Shown here: one piece after another, positions 9,509-18,822 of the stretch | Layout of the letters: every line of letters begins with the position of its first letter | How positions within the stretch are numbered: the first letter of the stretch is position 1 | Source: a virus | Lineage: Duplodnaviria > Caudoviricetes | Direction: 5' to 3' (one strand) | IMG/VR virus record: IMGVR_UViG_3300005581_000015 | Location: 1-59,090 of that record | Length of the DNA: 59,090 bases | The notes under the pieces: model-generated | Databases searched by the model: none | Seen by the model: the letters and a program-made list of their open reading frames with translations, nothing else | What the model was told of the DNA's origin: nothing | Made by a program: the position numbers and the translations under genes

Positions 9509-10051
9509 ATGGAACTATACTCATGTGATGTAATGATAGACATTGAGTGCCTGGGCGTTGCGCCGGAAGCACTTATTTTAACTATTGCCGCTGTAGCTTT
9601 TGACCCGTTTAGTCATCGCATTGACCACGAGCATTCGCTGTATTTTAGAATTGATCCCGCAAGCCAGCCCACACGTCAAATTGACGAAGCCACTGTTGCC
9701 TGGTGGGCACAACAACCAAAAATTGCACAAGAAGAAGCATTCAGCGAAGAGGATCGAGTTCCGTTGGCTGAAGCATTACATAAACTGTCATCATTGATCT
9801 GGCGTAGCAAAAGGATATGGGCAAATGGCATTTGCTATGACATGACCATTCTTGAACATGCATACAAGCAGTTGGGTATTCCCTTGCCATGGCAATACTA
9901 CAAAGTCATGGATGCACGTACTGTTTATAAAATGCTACCCAAAGTGGGCAAGCCACCAAACAATCATCATGCATTCCATGATTGCGTTAATCAAATTGGC
10001 ATGCTACAGGAAGTGTTTAGCCATTATCGGATAAAAGAATTAGGCAATTAA
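9509..10051 (+). CDS. DEDDh 3'-5' exonuclease (DexA/Rv2179c-like)
   Basis: VMIDIECLG, TVAWW..Q, IWANG..YD..ILE, DART and HHAFHDC motifs. Confidence 0.85.
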   Translation: MELYSCDVMIDIECLGVAPEALILTIAAVAFDPFSHRIDHEHSLYFRIDPASQPTRQIDEATVAWWAQQPKIAQEEAFSEEDRVPLAEALHKLSSLIWRSKRIWANGICYDMTILEHAYKQLGIPLPWQYYKVMDARTVYKMLPKVGKPPNNHHAFHDCVNQIGMLQEVFSHYRIKELGN

Positions 10052-10053
10052 CC

Positions 10054-10656
10054 GTGGACATGTTTGATCAGCCATATTTGTTGATATCTTTTTATCCTGG
10101 CGCTCGCGGGTTCTTGTTATCAAAGTGGCTGTATCAAGAAGGTTTAGTAACTGGTGTTTGGAAAATTAAAAACACAGATCTAAAACTAGACTCAACTAAT
10201 CATGACATACCTTCTGCGTTTGCGGATTTGATATTTGCCTACGACACAGAAAAAGACAAAGCACTATACACTGAATACAACAAAGAAATTACATCAGCTA
10301 ACTGTGATTGCAATAAAATAAAGAGTATATTACTACAAAGCCGAGCATGTCCAACCACCACCTTGGTCAGTAAATTTAATGGACCGTGCTTGTTGTTAAC
10401 ACATCTAGGGTCAGATATTGCCCTAGACAATATGCATAAAGTATTTTCAAATTTAACCGTGATAAAGGTTGTATTTGATGATCACGCAGAATACCTAGAA
10501 TGCCATGAAAGAAAATACGGCAATTTAGATTTTGCGGATAACGAATGGCAGGTCAGCGGGATAGATTATACAAAAGAATACCATAATGGTATTACTGTCA
10601 AGTTAAAAGATATTAAACAGTTGAAATTAGATTATTTGAAAGGGTGTTTATTATGA
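10054..10656 (+). CDS. Hypothetical protein, possibly sulfotransferase-like P-loop fold
   Basis: N-terminal LISFYPGARGFLL resembles the start of ORF 52915; AT-rich. Confidence 0.45.
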   Translation: MDMFDQPYLLISFYPGARGFLLSKWLYQEGLVTGVWKIKNTDLKLDSTNHDIPSAFADLIFAYDTEKDKALYTEYNKEITSANCDCNKIKSILLQSRACPTTTLVSKFNGPCLLLTHLGSDIALDNMHKVFSNLTVIKVVFDDHAEYLECHERKYGNLDFADNEWQVSGIDYTKEYHNGITVKLKDIKQLKLDYLKGCLL

Positions 10657-11309
10657 TCATTGGTGTATGTGGATTTATTGGCTCAGGAAAAGATACTGTA
10701 GCAGACTACCTAGTGAATTTTCACGAGTTTAGACGTGAGAGTTTTGCCAACACTCTTAAAGATGCCGCAGCCGCAGTGTTTGGTTGGGATAGAACCATGC
10801 TAGAAGGGCGAACAAAACAAGCCCGTGAATGGCGTGAACAAGTAGATCCGTGGTGGGCAGAGCGGCTGGGCATACCTAATTTAACCCCACGTTGGATCCT
10901 GCAATACTGGGGTACGGAAGTATGCCGTAAAGGGTTCCATGATGATATCTGGATTGCTAGTTTAGAAAACAAACTTCGCAATAGTCAGGACGATGTTGTG
11001 ATCAGCGATTGTCGATTTCCCAACGAGATCAAGTCCATTCGTGATCAAGGCGGAACAATTATTTGGGTTAAGCGAGGTGAGTTGCCCAAGTGGTATAACG
11101 ATGCTGTCAACGTTAACAACGGTGAACGCAATATGTCCTTTGCCACTAGCAGAGCCAGGTTAGAGAAGTTAGGCATTCATACCAGCGAAACAGCCTGGGT
11201 TGGAACCAAGTTTGATTTTGAAATAGACAACAACAGTAGCTTAGACGATCTGTACCAACAAGTCAAAGATCTGGTTCAAGATCACCTTGTTTCCACGGAA
11301 GATCACTGA
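10653..11309 (+). CDS. Deoxynucleoside monophosphate kinase (T4 gp1-like)
   Basis: IIGVCGFIGSGKDT P-loop, SFANTLKD, TPRWILQYWGTEVCR, VVISDCRFPNE and HTSE motifs. Confidence 0.9.
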   Translation: MIIGVCGFIGSGKDTVADYLVNFHEFRRESFANTLKDAAAAVFGWDRTMLEGRTKQAREWREQVDPWWAERLGIPNLTPRWILQYWGTEVCRKGFHDDIWIASLENKLRNSQDDVVISDCRFPNEIKSIRDQGGTIIWVKRGELPKWYNDAVNVNNGERNMSFATSRARLEKLGIHTSETAWVGTKFDFEIDNNSSLDDLYQQVKDLVQDHLVSTEDH

Positions 11310-11613
11310 GACGAATTGCTACCACACAGTTTTGGCACACACACTTTAAGTTCCTAGGAGCAGAGTTGTTTAAGTTTCCGTCTAAATGATACACCAATAT
11401 CTGTGCTTGATATCTTGCTTTAAAGCCACATTTATCACATACTAATTTTTTCTTAAAGCCACTAAACTGCCACCTAGGCACGGGTGGCTTAATTTTTTTG
11501 TTTTTTTTATTACAAGTCTCGCATCTTGAACGATAGTGTACCGTACCGTTAGGTGATCGGTAATTTATTGCTTTCGGACGCTGGTTGCAAGCTGGGCATA
11601 TTGGACGGTTCAT
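11263..11613 (-). CDS. Small zinc-binding HNH-like protein
   Basis: Four CxxC pairs and VYHLDGNLNN..PRNL..VCQNC; probable start 11613, 5 nt after a minus-strand TAAATA. Confidence 0.7.
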   Translation of the reverse strand: MNRPICPACNQRPKAINYRSPNGTVHYRSRCETCNKKNKKIKPPVPRWQFSGFKKKLVCDKCGFKARYQAQILVYHLDGNLNNSAPRNLKCVCQNCVVAIRLSDLPWKQGDLEPDL

Positions 11614-11708
11614 AGTGTTATTTAACACGAACCTTTGGCAAAGGGCACCTAATAGGTTGGTTTTCTGGAGTTATCAATAAATATTAATAACTTTAAAAGG
11701 AACGGACC

Positions 11709-14700
11709 ATGGCACTAACATCACCTGGCGTACAAGTAACGATAATTGACGAAAGTAATTATCTTCCAGCGGCGACTAACTCAGTCCCATATATTATGGT
11801 GGCCACTGCACAAAACAAAATCAGTGGAACCGGAACCGGAGTAGCTGCCGGTACTTTAGCAGTCAATGCAAATAAAACATATTTAATTACTAGTCAAAGA
11901 GATTTGGCCGCCACTTTTGGTGTGCCTTTCTTCTACAAAACTTCTGCTGGCACCCCAATCAACGGGTACGAGCTTAATGAATATGGTTTATTGGCTGCTT
12001 ACTCAGCATTGGGTGTAACTAATAGAGTATACATTCAACGTGCCGACATTGACTTATCTGAATTGACTGCAAGTCTATCACGCCCAGTTGGCGCACCAGT
12101 AAACAACACATATTGGTTAGATACCGCTAACTCACTGTGGGGTATATTTGAGTGGAGCCTGACTACAAATGCATTTACTAACAAAGTACCGTTGGTAATT
12201 ACATCAACTGCAGATTTAGAGTCTGGCACCACTGCTCCATCGCAGAGTTTTGGTAGCATTGGAGATTATGCAGTTAACACAACAGATGTTGCAAATCCAA
12301 CATACTACAAAAACAGCAGTAACTTGTGGGTATTAATTGGTAGCGATGACTGGAAATCATCATGGCCTACTGTGCAAGGCACTGCCGCACCAGGACCATT
12401 GACAGCGGCCAGTACAATTAGAATTAACGGAACCGAAGTAGCAGTTCCAGCCGCCGCAAGCAACACAGTTTCTGGTTTAGCTAACGCAATTAATGCGGCT
12501 GCTATTACTGGTGTAACTGCATCAAACTCTAATGGTAAGTTGGAAATTCAAGGCAATAGCACATCAACTAGCGATGGATCAACTGCTGACGGTGGTATTA
12601 TCACTATCGAAGCTGGATCCGTTGGTGGTGCCGCATTGCTAACACAACTAGGAATCACAGCACGTTCGTACTATGTTCCACGTTTACAACAGAGCTATAG
12701 CTACACCATACCACGCTGGAGATCAACAGATGCTGAACCAACTGCAACTGGTTCTGTATGGAACAAAATCAATAGTGTCAATCTTGGTACTAATTTAACA
12801 GTGTCAAAATACAGTTCAATACTTGCATCTTTTATTGAACAAACTTGTGCTGTATATCAGAATGACCAAAGCGCAAATAAAACATTGGATCCTAGTGGTG
12901 GTGGTAAAAATATTGCCGCAGGAACAACCTATGCGCAATATAATGTAAGTCCAGAATTTGTATCATCAACTTCATCTTACAATAACACATTTACACTTCA
13001 ACTATTTGAAAGAAAATCAACAGGTGCAACTGTGATTCTTGGTGATGATTCAACGCCAACATTTACATCAGGTGATCAGTTTACAATCTCAGCAAGTGTT
13101 GCAAACAGCACTACGTTAAGCACACCTGTAACAGCAACCGTTGCAGGAACAACAGCCAGTGATTTTGTGTCAGCAGTGAGCCAGGCCGCAGTGCCGTATG
13201 TTAGCGCAACTATTACTAGTTCAGGCGCAATATCGTTTACACATAGCCAAGGCGGTGTAATTGTGCTAGCAGAAGTTGGCGCAGATACTGCGGTGTCAGA
13301 CGCTGGTTTTAACGACACAGTGGACGGCGTTCGTTTAGATACCGATGGCACATCGCTAATCCTGAGTAACTGGGTTACATTTGATTACACTGCATCTCTA
13401 ACTTCGCCAAATACTGCACCGCCAGATGGACGCTATTGGTATTACAGCGCAGTTGACCAAGTTGATATTATGATCAACAACAACGGCGCCTGGCTTGGCT
13501 ATAAAAATGTAACCAGCGATGTGCGCGGTTATAATTTAACATTGACCAATGCAACTGGGCCACAAATCAGCCCAACAGCACCTACCACTCAAAATGACAC
13601 TGCACTAAGCCCCCTAGTGTATGGTGATTTGTGGGTTGATACCAGCAACTTAGAAGCATACCCAATACTCAAGCGTTGGGAAATTGTTGACGGAGTTGAC
13701 CAATGGACCACAATTGATGACTCAGATCAAACCACTGAGAATGGTGTACTATTTGCCGACGCACGTTGGGCAACAAACGATACAACAAACCCAATCACCG
13801 ACGATATTCCAACTATTGTTAGCTTGCTGACCAGCAACTACTTAGACATTGACGCACCAAGCCCAAGTCTATATCCAGATGGAATGCTGTTGTGGAATAC
13901 TCGACGCAATGGCTTCAATGTTAAATCATATCAAGTTGACTACTTCAATGCTGCCAGCTTCCCAGATGATATTTTACCAGATGTAACAAATGCTTGGGTA
14001 ACAGCCAGCGGCAACAAAAACGACGGCAGTCCTTACATGGGTCGTCAGGCTGTACGTAGCCTAGTAGTTGCCGCACTCAAATCTGGATTGGATACTAGTC
14101 AAGCCGCACGTGAAGAACAAAACGTGTACAACTTGATTACAACTCCTGGTTATCCAGAACTAATGACCAACATGGTTGCGCTCAACAACGAGCGTAATAA
14201 CACAGCGTTTGTCATTGCTGATACACCACTGCGTTTGGGACCTGATGGAACTGAACTAATTACCTGGGCCACAAACAACAACGGTCTTGGAACAGATACT
14301 GGTGACGGCCTTACAACTGGAAGTCAATACATGGGTGTATTCTACCCAAGTTGCCAGACCACAGATTTGTCAGGTAGCCCAGTGGTACAACCGCCAAGTC
14401 ACATGATGTTACGCACTATTCTGCGCAGTGACAACGTGAGCTTCCCATGGTTAGCACCAGCCGGTGTACGTCGCGGTGTCATTGACAATGCTGATGCAAT
14501 TGGTTATATCAATGCAACCACCGGCGAGTTTGTACAAATTGGTGTACGCCAAGGTGTACGTGACATCTTGTATGAAAACAAGATTAACCCAATTACGTTT
14601 ATCCCAGGAATTGGTATTACCAACTATGGTAACAAGACTGTTACAGGTATTACTAGTGCTCTTGATCGTATTAACGTGGCACGTTTGATTGCATTTATCC

Positions 14701-15005
14701 GTGGTCGCTTGCAAGAAATTGGAACAAACTTCTTGTTTGAACCAAACGATCAAGTAACTCGTGATGAAATGAAAAACAATTGCGAAAGTTTGATGATTGA
14801 TTTGATTGCAAAACGTGGTATCTATGATTACCTAGTTGTTTGCGACTTGTCAAACAATACACCAGCACGTATTGATAGAAACGAGCTATATGTAGATATT
14901 GCTATTGAGCCTGTTAAGGCAGTTGAATTTATCTACATTCCTGTACGTATCAAGAACACTGGAGAAATTGCAGGCGGACAAACTGCAAGTTCATCAGCTG
15001 TCTAA
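11709..15005 (+). CDS. Contractile tail sheath protein (T4 gp18-like)
   Basis: MALTSPGVQVTIIDES start, PWLAPAG.RRG, LY..KINPI, SALDRINVARL, LFEPND and NNTP.RID.NEL..DI.I.P.KAVEFI motifs. Confidence 0.95.
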   Translation: MALTSPGVQVTIIDESNYLPAATNSVPYIMVATAQNKISGTGTGVAAGTLAVNANKTYLITSQRDLAATFGVPFFYKTSAGTPINGYELNEYGLLAAYSALGVTNRVYIQRADIDLSELTASLSRPVGAPVNNTYWLDTANSLWGIFEWSLTTNAFTNKVPLVITSTADLESGTTAPSQSFGSIGDYAVNTTDVANPTYYKNSSNLWVLIGSDDWKSSWPTVQGTAAPGPLTAASTIRINGTEVAVPAAASNTVSGLANAINAAAITGVTASNSNGKLEIQGNSTSTSDGSTADGGIITIEAGSVGGAALLTQLGITARSYYVPRLQQSYSYTIPRWRSTDAEPTATGSVWNKINSVNLGTNLTVSKYSSILASFIEQTCAVYQNDQSANKTLDPSGGGKNIAAGTTYAQYNVSPEFVSSTSSYNNTFTLQLFERKSTGATVILGDDSTPTFTSGDQFTISASVANSTTLSTPVTATVAGTTASDFVSAVSQAAVPYVSATITSSGAISFTHSQGGVIVLAEVGADTAVSDAGFNDTVDGVRLDTDGTSLILSNWVTFDYTASLTSPNTAPPDGRYWYYSAVDQVDIMINNNGAWLGYKNVTSDVRGYNLTLTNATGPQISPTAPTTQNDTALSPLVYGDLWVDTSNLEAYPILKRWEIVDGVDQWTTIDDSDQTTENGVLFADARWATNDTTNPITDDIPTIVSLLTSNYLDIDAPSPSLYPDGMLLWNTRRNGFNVKSYQVDYFNAASFPDDILPDVTNAWVTASGNKNDGSPYMGRQAVRSLVVAALKSGLDTSQAAREEQNVYNLITTPGYPELMTNMVALNNERNNTAFVIADTPLRLGPDGTELITWATNNNGLGTDTGDGLTTGSQYMGVFYPSCQTTDLSGSPVVQPPSHMMLRTILRSDNVSFPWLAPAGVRRGVIDNADAIGYINATTGEFVQIGVRQGVRDILYENKINPITFIPGIGITNYGNKTVTGITSALDRINVARLIAFIRGRLQEIGTNFLFEPNDQVTRDEMKNNCESLMIDLIAKRGIYDYLVVCDLSNNTPARIDRNELYVDIAIEPVKAVEFIYIPVRIKNTGEIAGGQTASSSAV

Positions 15006-15008
15006 TGA

Positions 15009-15035
15009 ATAAATTGGGGCAATGCCCCAATTTAT
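15009..15035 (+). terminator. Hairpin (terminator or processing site) between sheath and tube genes
   Basis: ATAAATTGGGGC-AAT-GCCCCAATTTAT, a perfect 12-bp stem. Confidence 0.65.
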
Positions 15036-15075
15036 CAGGCAACAATTACCATAAATAAAGATATAGGAGAACAAA

Positions 15076-15693
15076 ATGGCTGTTTCATCACTAACTAGAA
15101 TGACAGTACCTTTGGCAAGTGACCAAAGTGCTAGCACCCAAGGCTTGCTAATGCCTAAACTAAAGTATCGCTTCCGCGTTACTTTTGAAAACTTTGGTGT
15201 ATCAACACCACGTACCGAACTAACAAAACAAGTTATTAGTTTTGCTCGTCCAGAAGTAACATTTGAAGAAATGTTGGTTCCAATTTACAATAGTACATTG
15301 AAACTTGCTGGCAAGCATAGCTGGGGCGATGTCACTTGTGAATTGCGTGACGATGCTGGCGGCAACGTTACCAAACGTGTTGGCGAGCAACTACAAAGGC
15401 AATTAGATTTTGCCGAACAAGCCAGCGCCGCTGCCGGTATTGACTATAAGTTTGTTACACGATTTGAAGTACTTGATGGTGGTAACGGTACTGCACAACC
15501 TGTAGTACTTGAAACCTGGGAGATTTATGGTTGCTACCTCAAAGGTGTTAACTATAATGATTTCAACTATGGCACCAGCGAAGCTGCAACAATCAGCATG
15601 ACAATTGCCTATGATAATGCACTACAAGTAGGTAGCCCAGGCGGTGTTGGCACCGTAATTGGTCGCATCGCTGGTGATGTAATCACAGGCTAA
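15076..15693 (+). CDS. Tail tube protein (T4 gp19-like)
   Basis: Follows the sheath gene; PKLKYRFRV, KLAGKHSW, WEIYGCY and TISMTIAYD motifs; TAAATA at 15052 and AGGAG SD. Confidence 0.85.
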   Translation: MAVSSLTRMTVPLASDQSASTQGLLMPKLKYRFRVTFENFGVSTPRTELTKQVISFARPEVTFEEMLVPIYNSTLKLAGKHSWGDVTCELRDDAGGNVTKRVGEQLQRQLDFAEQASAAAGIDYKFVTRFEVLDGGNGTAQPVVLETWEIYGCYLKGVNYNDFNYGTSEAATISMTIAYDNALQVGSPGGVGTVIGRIAGDVITG

Positions 15694-15697
15694 TACA

Positions 15698-16885
15698 ATG
15701 TCATTTGGACAGGACTTCATGAAGGGGTTCTTTGGATCAGACGGTTTGCGTGATTCGCAAACCGCCTCCAAGACCTTTCGAACAAACGGCTACGAACTTT
15801 CTCCTAGATTTAAGTTCCTGTTCCATGTGTCGTTTACGCTTAACACTACTGAAATCCCTGCGCTTAAAAGTATTTTTGGCGAGTCGGGTACTAATCAAAT
15901 TGGGTTAACTGTAAAAACTATTAATCTCCCGTCTTATAACATTGATCATGAAGAACTAAATCAATACAATCGTAAAAGACTAGTTCAAACACAGATCAAA
16001 TATCAACCAGTTGATATCACATTTCATGATGACGGCGGAGACGTAACACGTAATTTGTGGTATAACTATTTTGCGTATTATTACAAAGACCCAAGCCAAC
16101 AATATGGCAGCACTAGCAACTTAAACGGCAGTATTGGTGCATTGGCCAACATGCCGGGATTCAGTTACAATACTCGAGACATTTACACAGATAGCCGTCC
16201 AGTTAATGATTGGGGCTATGTTGGCGAAAGCTACACTGACAGCAGTGTGTTAGGCAAGCCTGCGTTTTTTAAAGATATTCGTATATACGGATTAAATCAA
16301 CACAAGTTTGCAGAGTATGTCTTGGTCAATCCCATTATCACAGCCTGGCAACATGATCAATATGATTATAGTCAAGGTGATGGAATGATGCAAAACTCAA
16401 TGACAGTCAAGTACGAAACTGTCAAGTACCGTAGCGGTGCCATTAGCGGTGTTAGATCAGACACCAATGTTAAAGGATTTGGCGATCCAGCCAACTACGA
16501 TACTGTGCGTAGCCCAATATCTCGACCTGGTAGCACTGCTAGTGTTCTAGGTCAGGGTGGGCTACTTGATACCGGTATTGGTATTGTTGAAGATTTACAA
16601 AGCGGAACATTGCTTGGTGCAATTGGTGCTGTGCAAAAAGCTGGCGCAACGTACAATACGTTCAAAGGTAAGAGTTTACAAAGCATTGCCAACGAAGAAG
16701 CAATTGCTGCCTCAAAACAAATTCTACAACAGAGCTTGCCTGGGGCAATTCGCGGTGCTAGTAGTGTACAACTATTTCCAACACCCCCTAGGGCTAATTC
16801 TGGTAGCCGGTCACTGTTTAATTTTGGTGGAGTTGGGGTATCATCATCGGGAATAAATATCGGTGGATTTAACCTACCATTCTAA
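15698..16885 (+). CDS. Tube-like baseplate/tail-tube initiator (gp48/gp54-like)
   Basis: Tube-fold-like segments VKTINLPSY, NQYNRKR, YQPVDITFHDD and SMTVKYE; position after the tube gene. Confidence 0.55.
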   Translation: MSFGQDFMKGFFGSDGLRDSQTASKTFRTNGYELSPRFKFLFHVSFTLNTTEIPALKSIFGESGTNQIGLTVKTINLPSYNIDHEELNQYNRKRLVQTQIKYQPVDITFHDDGGDVTRNLWYNYFAYYYKDPSQQYGSTSNLNGSIGALANMPGFSYNTRDIYTDSRPVNDWGYVGESYTDSSVLGKPAFFKDIRIYGLNQHKFAEYVLVNPIITAWQHDQYDYSQGDGMMQNSMTVKYETVKYRSGAISGVRSDTNVKGFGDPANYDTVRSPISRPGSTASVLGQGGLLDTGIGIVEDLQSGTLLGAIGAVQKAGATYNTFKGKSLQSIANEEAIAASKQILQQSLPGAIRGASSVQLFPTPPRANSGSRSLFNFGGVGVSSSGINIGGFNLPF

Positions 16886-17244
16886 TGTCTACAGTAAACG
16901 CACCAAACTCAAAAATTGATCAAACGGTAAAAATATTTGATACCTTTTACCTGTTCGAAGCTATTGTACCTGCAATGGAGTATGAAGTCATCTACAGTTA
17001 CTTTCAGTCGGTCATGGGAACAACACAAGCCGCAGCCAACTTTACTGTCACTGTGTTTAGGATAGCACAAGAAAGTCAGACCCCGGTTATGGCAATATTT
17101 GAACAGATCAAAGGCCTTGACCAACCACAATTATCATTAACACTGGCCTACTATCTTAATGGTTTGCAAAGTTTGAGTACATTACTAGGTATTGATGCAG
17201 TGGCAACGCCAAACTACTATGCAGCCAGAAATGTTGTGGTATGA
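16885..17244 (+). CDS. Hypothetical protein (structural cluster)
   Basis: Start and stop overlap both neighbours (TAATG, ATGA). Confidence 0.65.
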   Translation: MSTVNAPNSKIDQTVKIFDTFYLFEAIVPAMEYEVIYSYFQSVMGTTQAAANFTVTVFRIAQESQTPVMAIFEQIKGLDQPQLSLTLAYYLNGLQSLSTLLGIDAVATPNYYAARNVVV

Positions 17245-17672
17245 GCAAGTTTGCGCAAGGTGTTTTTGTCCCAACCAATCCTGACAAGTATGTAGGTCGA
17301 GGTAACATACGTTATCGCAGTGGCTGGGAACATGCTTTTATGCGATTTTGCGACACCAACGATCATATATTACAGTGGGCCAGTGAGAATGTTAGAATTC
17401 CCTATCGTCATCCACTCACAGGTAAAACTACAAACTATGTGCCAGATTTTTTGATCACGTATAGAACACGCAACAACAAAGTATGTGCTGAGCTGATTGA
17501 AATAAAACCCAAAAAACAAAGTGTACTAGAAGCAAAGATGAGCGATAGAGACCGTGCCATTGTTGCCATTAACTATGCCAAATGGGATGCCGCACAAAAG
17601 TGGTGCCGCAAACAAGGACTGGTATTTAGAGTTATTACCGAAGATCAGATCTTCCGTAACGGCAACAAGTAA
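17241..17672 (+). CDS. Head completion nuclease (T4 gp4-like, TnsA-type PD-(D/E)xK)
   Basis: PTNPDKY.G, YRSGWE..FM.FCD, WASE...IPY, YVPDF, IEIKPKKQ, N.AKW.AA and ITED motifs. Confidence 0.9.
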   Translation: MSKFAQGVFVPTNPDKYVGRGNIRYRSGWEHAFMRFCDTNDHILQWASENVRIPYRHPLTGKTTNYVPDFLITYRTRNNKVCAELIEIKPKKQSVLEAKMSDRDRAIVAINYAKWDAAQKWCRKQGLVFRVITEDQIFRNGNK

Positions 17673-17686
17673 GCCATAAATATGGC

Positions 17687-18181
17687 ATGACTAGAAAACT
17701 CGAAGAACTATTTGATTTGCCAACAAAAGAAGACAATGCCCCTGCAGAGTTTTTGTCACCGCCCAGCAAAGAAGAATTAATTGAAATAAACAACACCATT
17801 GATAAAATTGAAGCTGCCTTGCCCATGGTCAAAGGGCTTGATGCCAGTGATTCAGAAATGGATGAGTTGGCCACCAAGGCTGTGGAAAGCTACGAAAGTC
17901 TAATAGACTTGGGCATGCAAGTTGACAGTCGATTTGCCAGTGAAATTTTATCTGTGGCTGGCACAATGCTGGGGCATGCAATTACTGCCAAGACAGCAAA
18001 GATGAATAAAAAATTGAAGATGATTGATCTTCAATTAAAGAAATTAAAATTAGATCAGGATCAGGCCCGTCACACCGCTGACAATGAGCCTGATAGCGGC
18101 GCTACAGAACAGGGTCATGTGCTAGATCGCAACGATTTACTACAACGTTTGATTGGCGATCGAAACCAAATTAGCAAATGA
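17687..18181 (+). CDS. Probable terminase small subunit
   Basis: Helical ~160 aa late protein upstream of terL; pattern loosely similar to TerS of T4-like phages. Confidence 0.45.
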   Translation: MTRKLEELFDLPTKEDNAPAEFLSPPSKEELIEINNTIDKIEAALPMVKGLDASDSEMDELATKAVESYESLIDLGMQVDSRFASEILSVAGTMLGHAITAKTAKMNKKLKMIDLQLKKLKLDQDQARHTADNEPDSGATEQGHVLDRNDLLQRLIGDRNQISK

Positions 18182-18207
18182 CAATAAATATCATATAGGA
18201 ATCCAAC

Positions 18208-18816
18208 ATGAAAACTTTTCAAGACTACCTAGTAGAAAGTGCTAGAACATATGATTACAGAATTAAAATTGTAGGCGACACGCCCAACAATTTTATCAAA
18301 GAATTGACCAGCAAGTTTGATCAATTTGATCCAGTATCAGTGTCTAGTCCAAAAACTACTCCCATACAAAAGCAGCCTGCTGATTTTCCAGGCTTCCCCA
18401 ACGAATCAGTGACATTTTTTGATGTTAGTTTTACATACCCTGCCATTGAACCGCAGATCAAGCAGTTGGCGCAGTTGTTGGGTGTAGACCCCAATAGAGT
18501 TATCATGCCAACACAGAAGTATGATGAAAGCAATGAAACTATTGCCAAGGACATTGAAGATCAAAACAAAGATTTATTAGCTGACACAGATTTCCCTGCG
18601 CCTGACAAAGCACAAAAAGCCGCAAGCAAAGATTATGCAACTGGTCCCTACGATCATGCTGTGTTGAAAAATGCTTACCGCAGTGACTTCACTGTGGCTG
18701 GTGGTAAAACACCTGTACCAGAAACAACCAATGACTTACCAATGGGAACCAAGAGCCCAATGAGTACAATCAAGCGGCCTGCACGTCCGCTTACTGGCCG
18801 AAACCCAAGAGGATAA
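18208..18816 (+). CDS. Putative internal head protein
   Basis: N-terminus MKTFQDYLVE resembles the T4 capsid-targeting sequence MKTYQEFIAE; TAAATA at 18185. Confidence 0.55.
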   Translation: MKTFQDYLVESARTYDYRIKIVGDTPNNFIKELTSKFDQFDPVSVSSPKTTPIQKQPADFPGFPNESVTFFDVSFTYPAIEPQIKQLAQLLGVDPNRVIMPTQKYDESNETIAKDIEDQNKDLLADTDFPAPDKAQKAASKDYATGPYDHAVLKNAYRSDFTVAGGKTPVPETTNDLPMGTKSPMSTIKRPARPLTGRNPRG

Positions 18817-18822
18817 TTCAAA

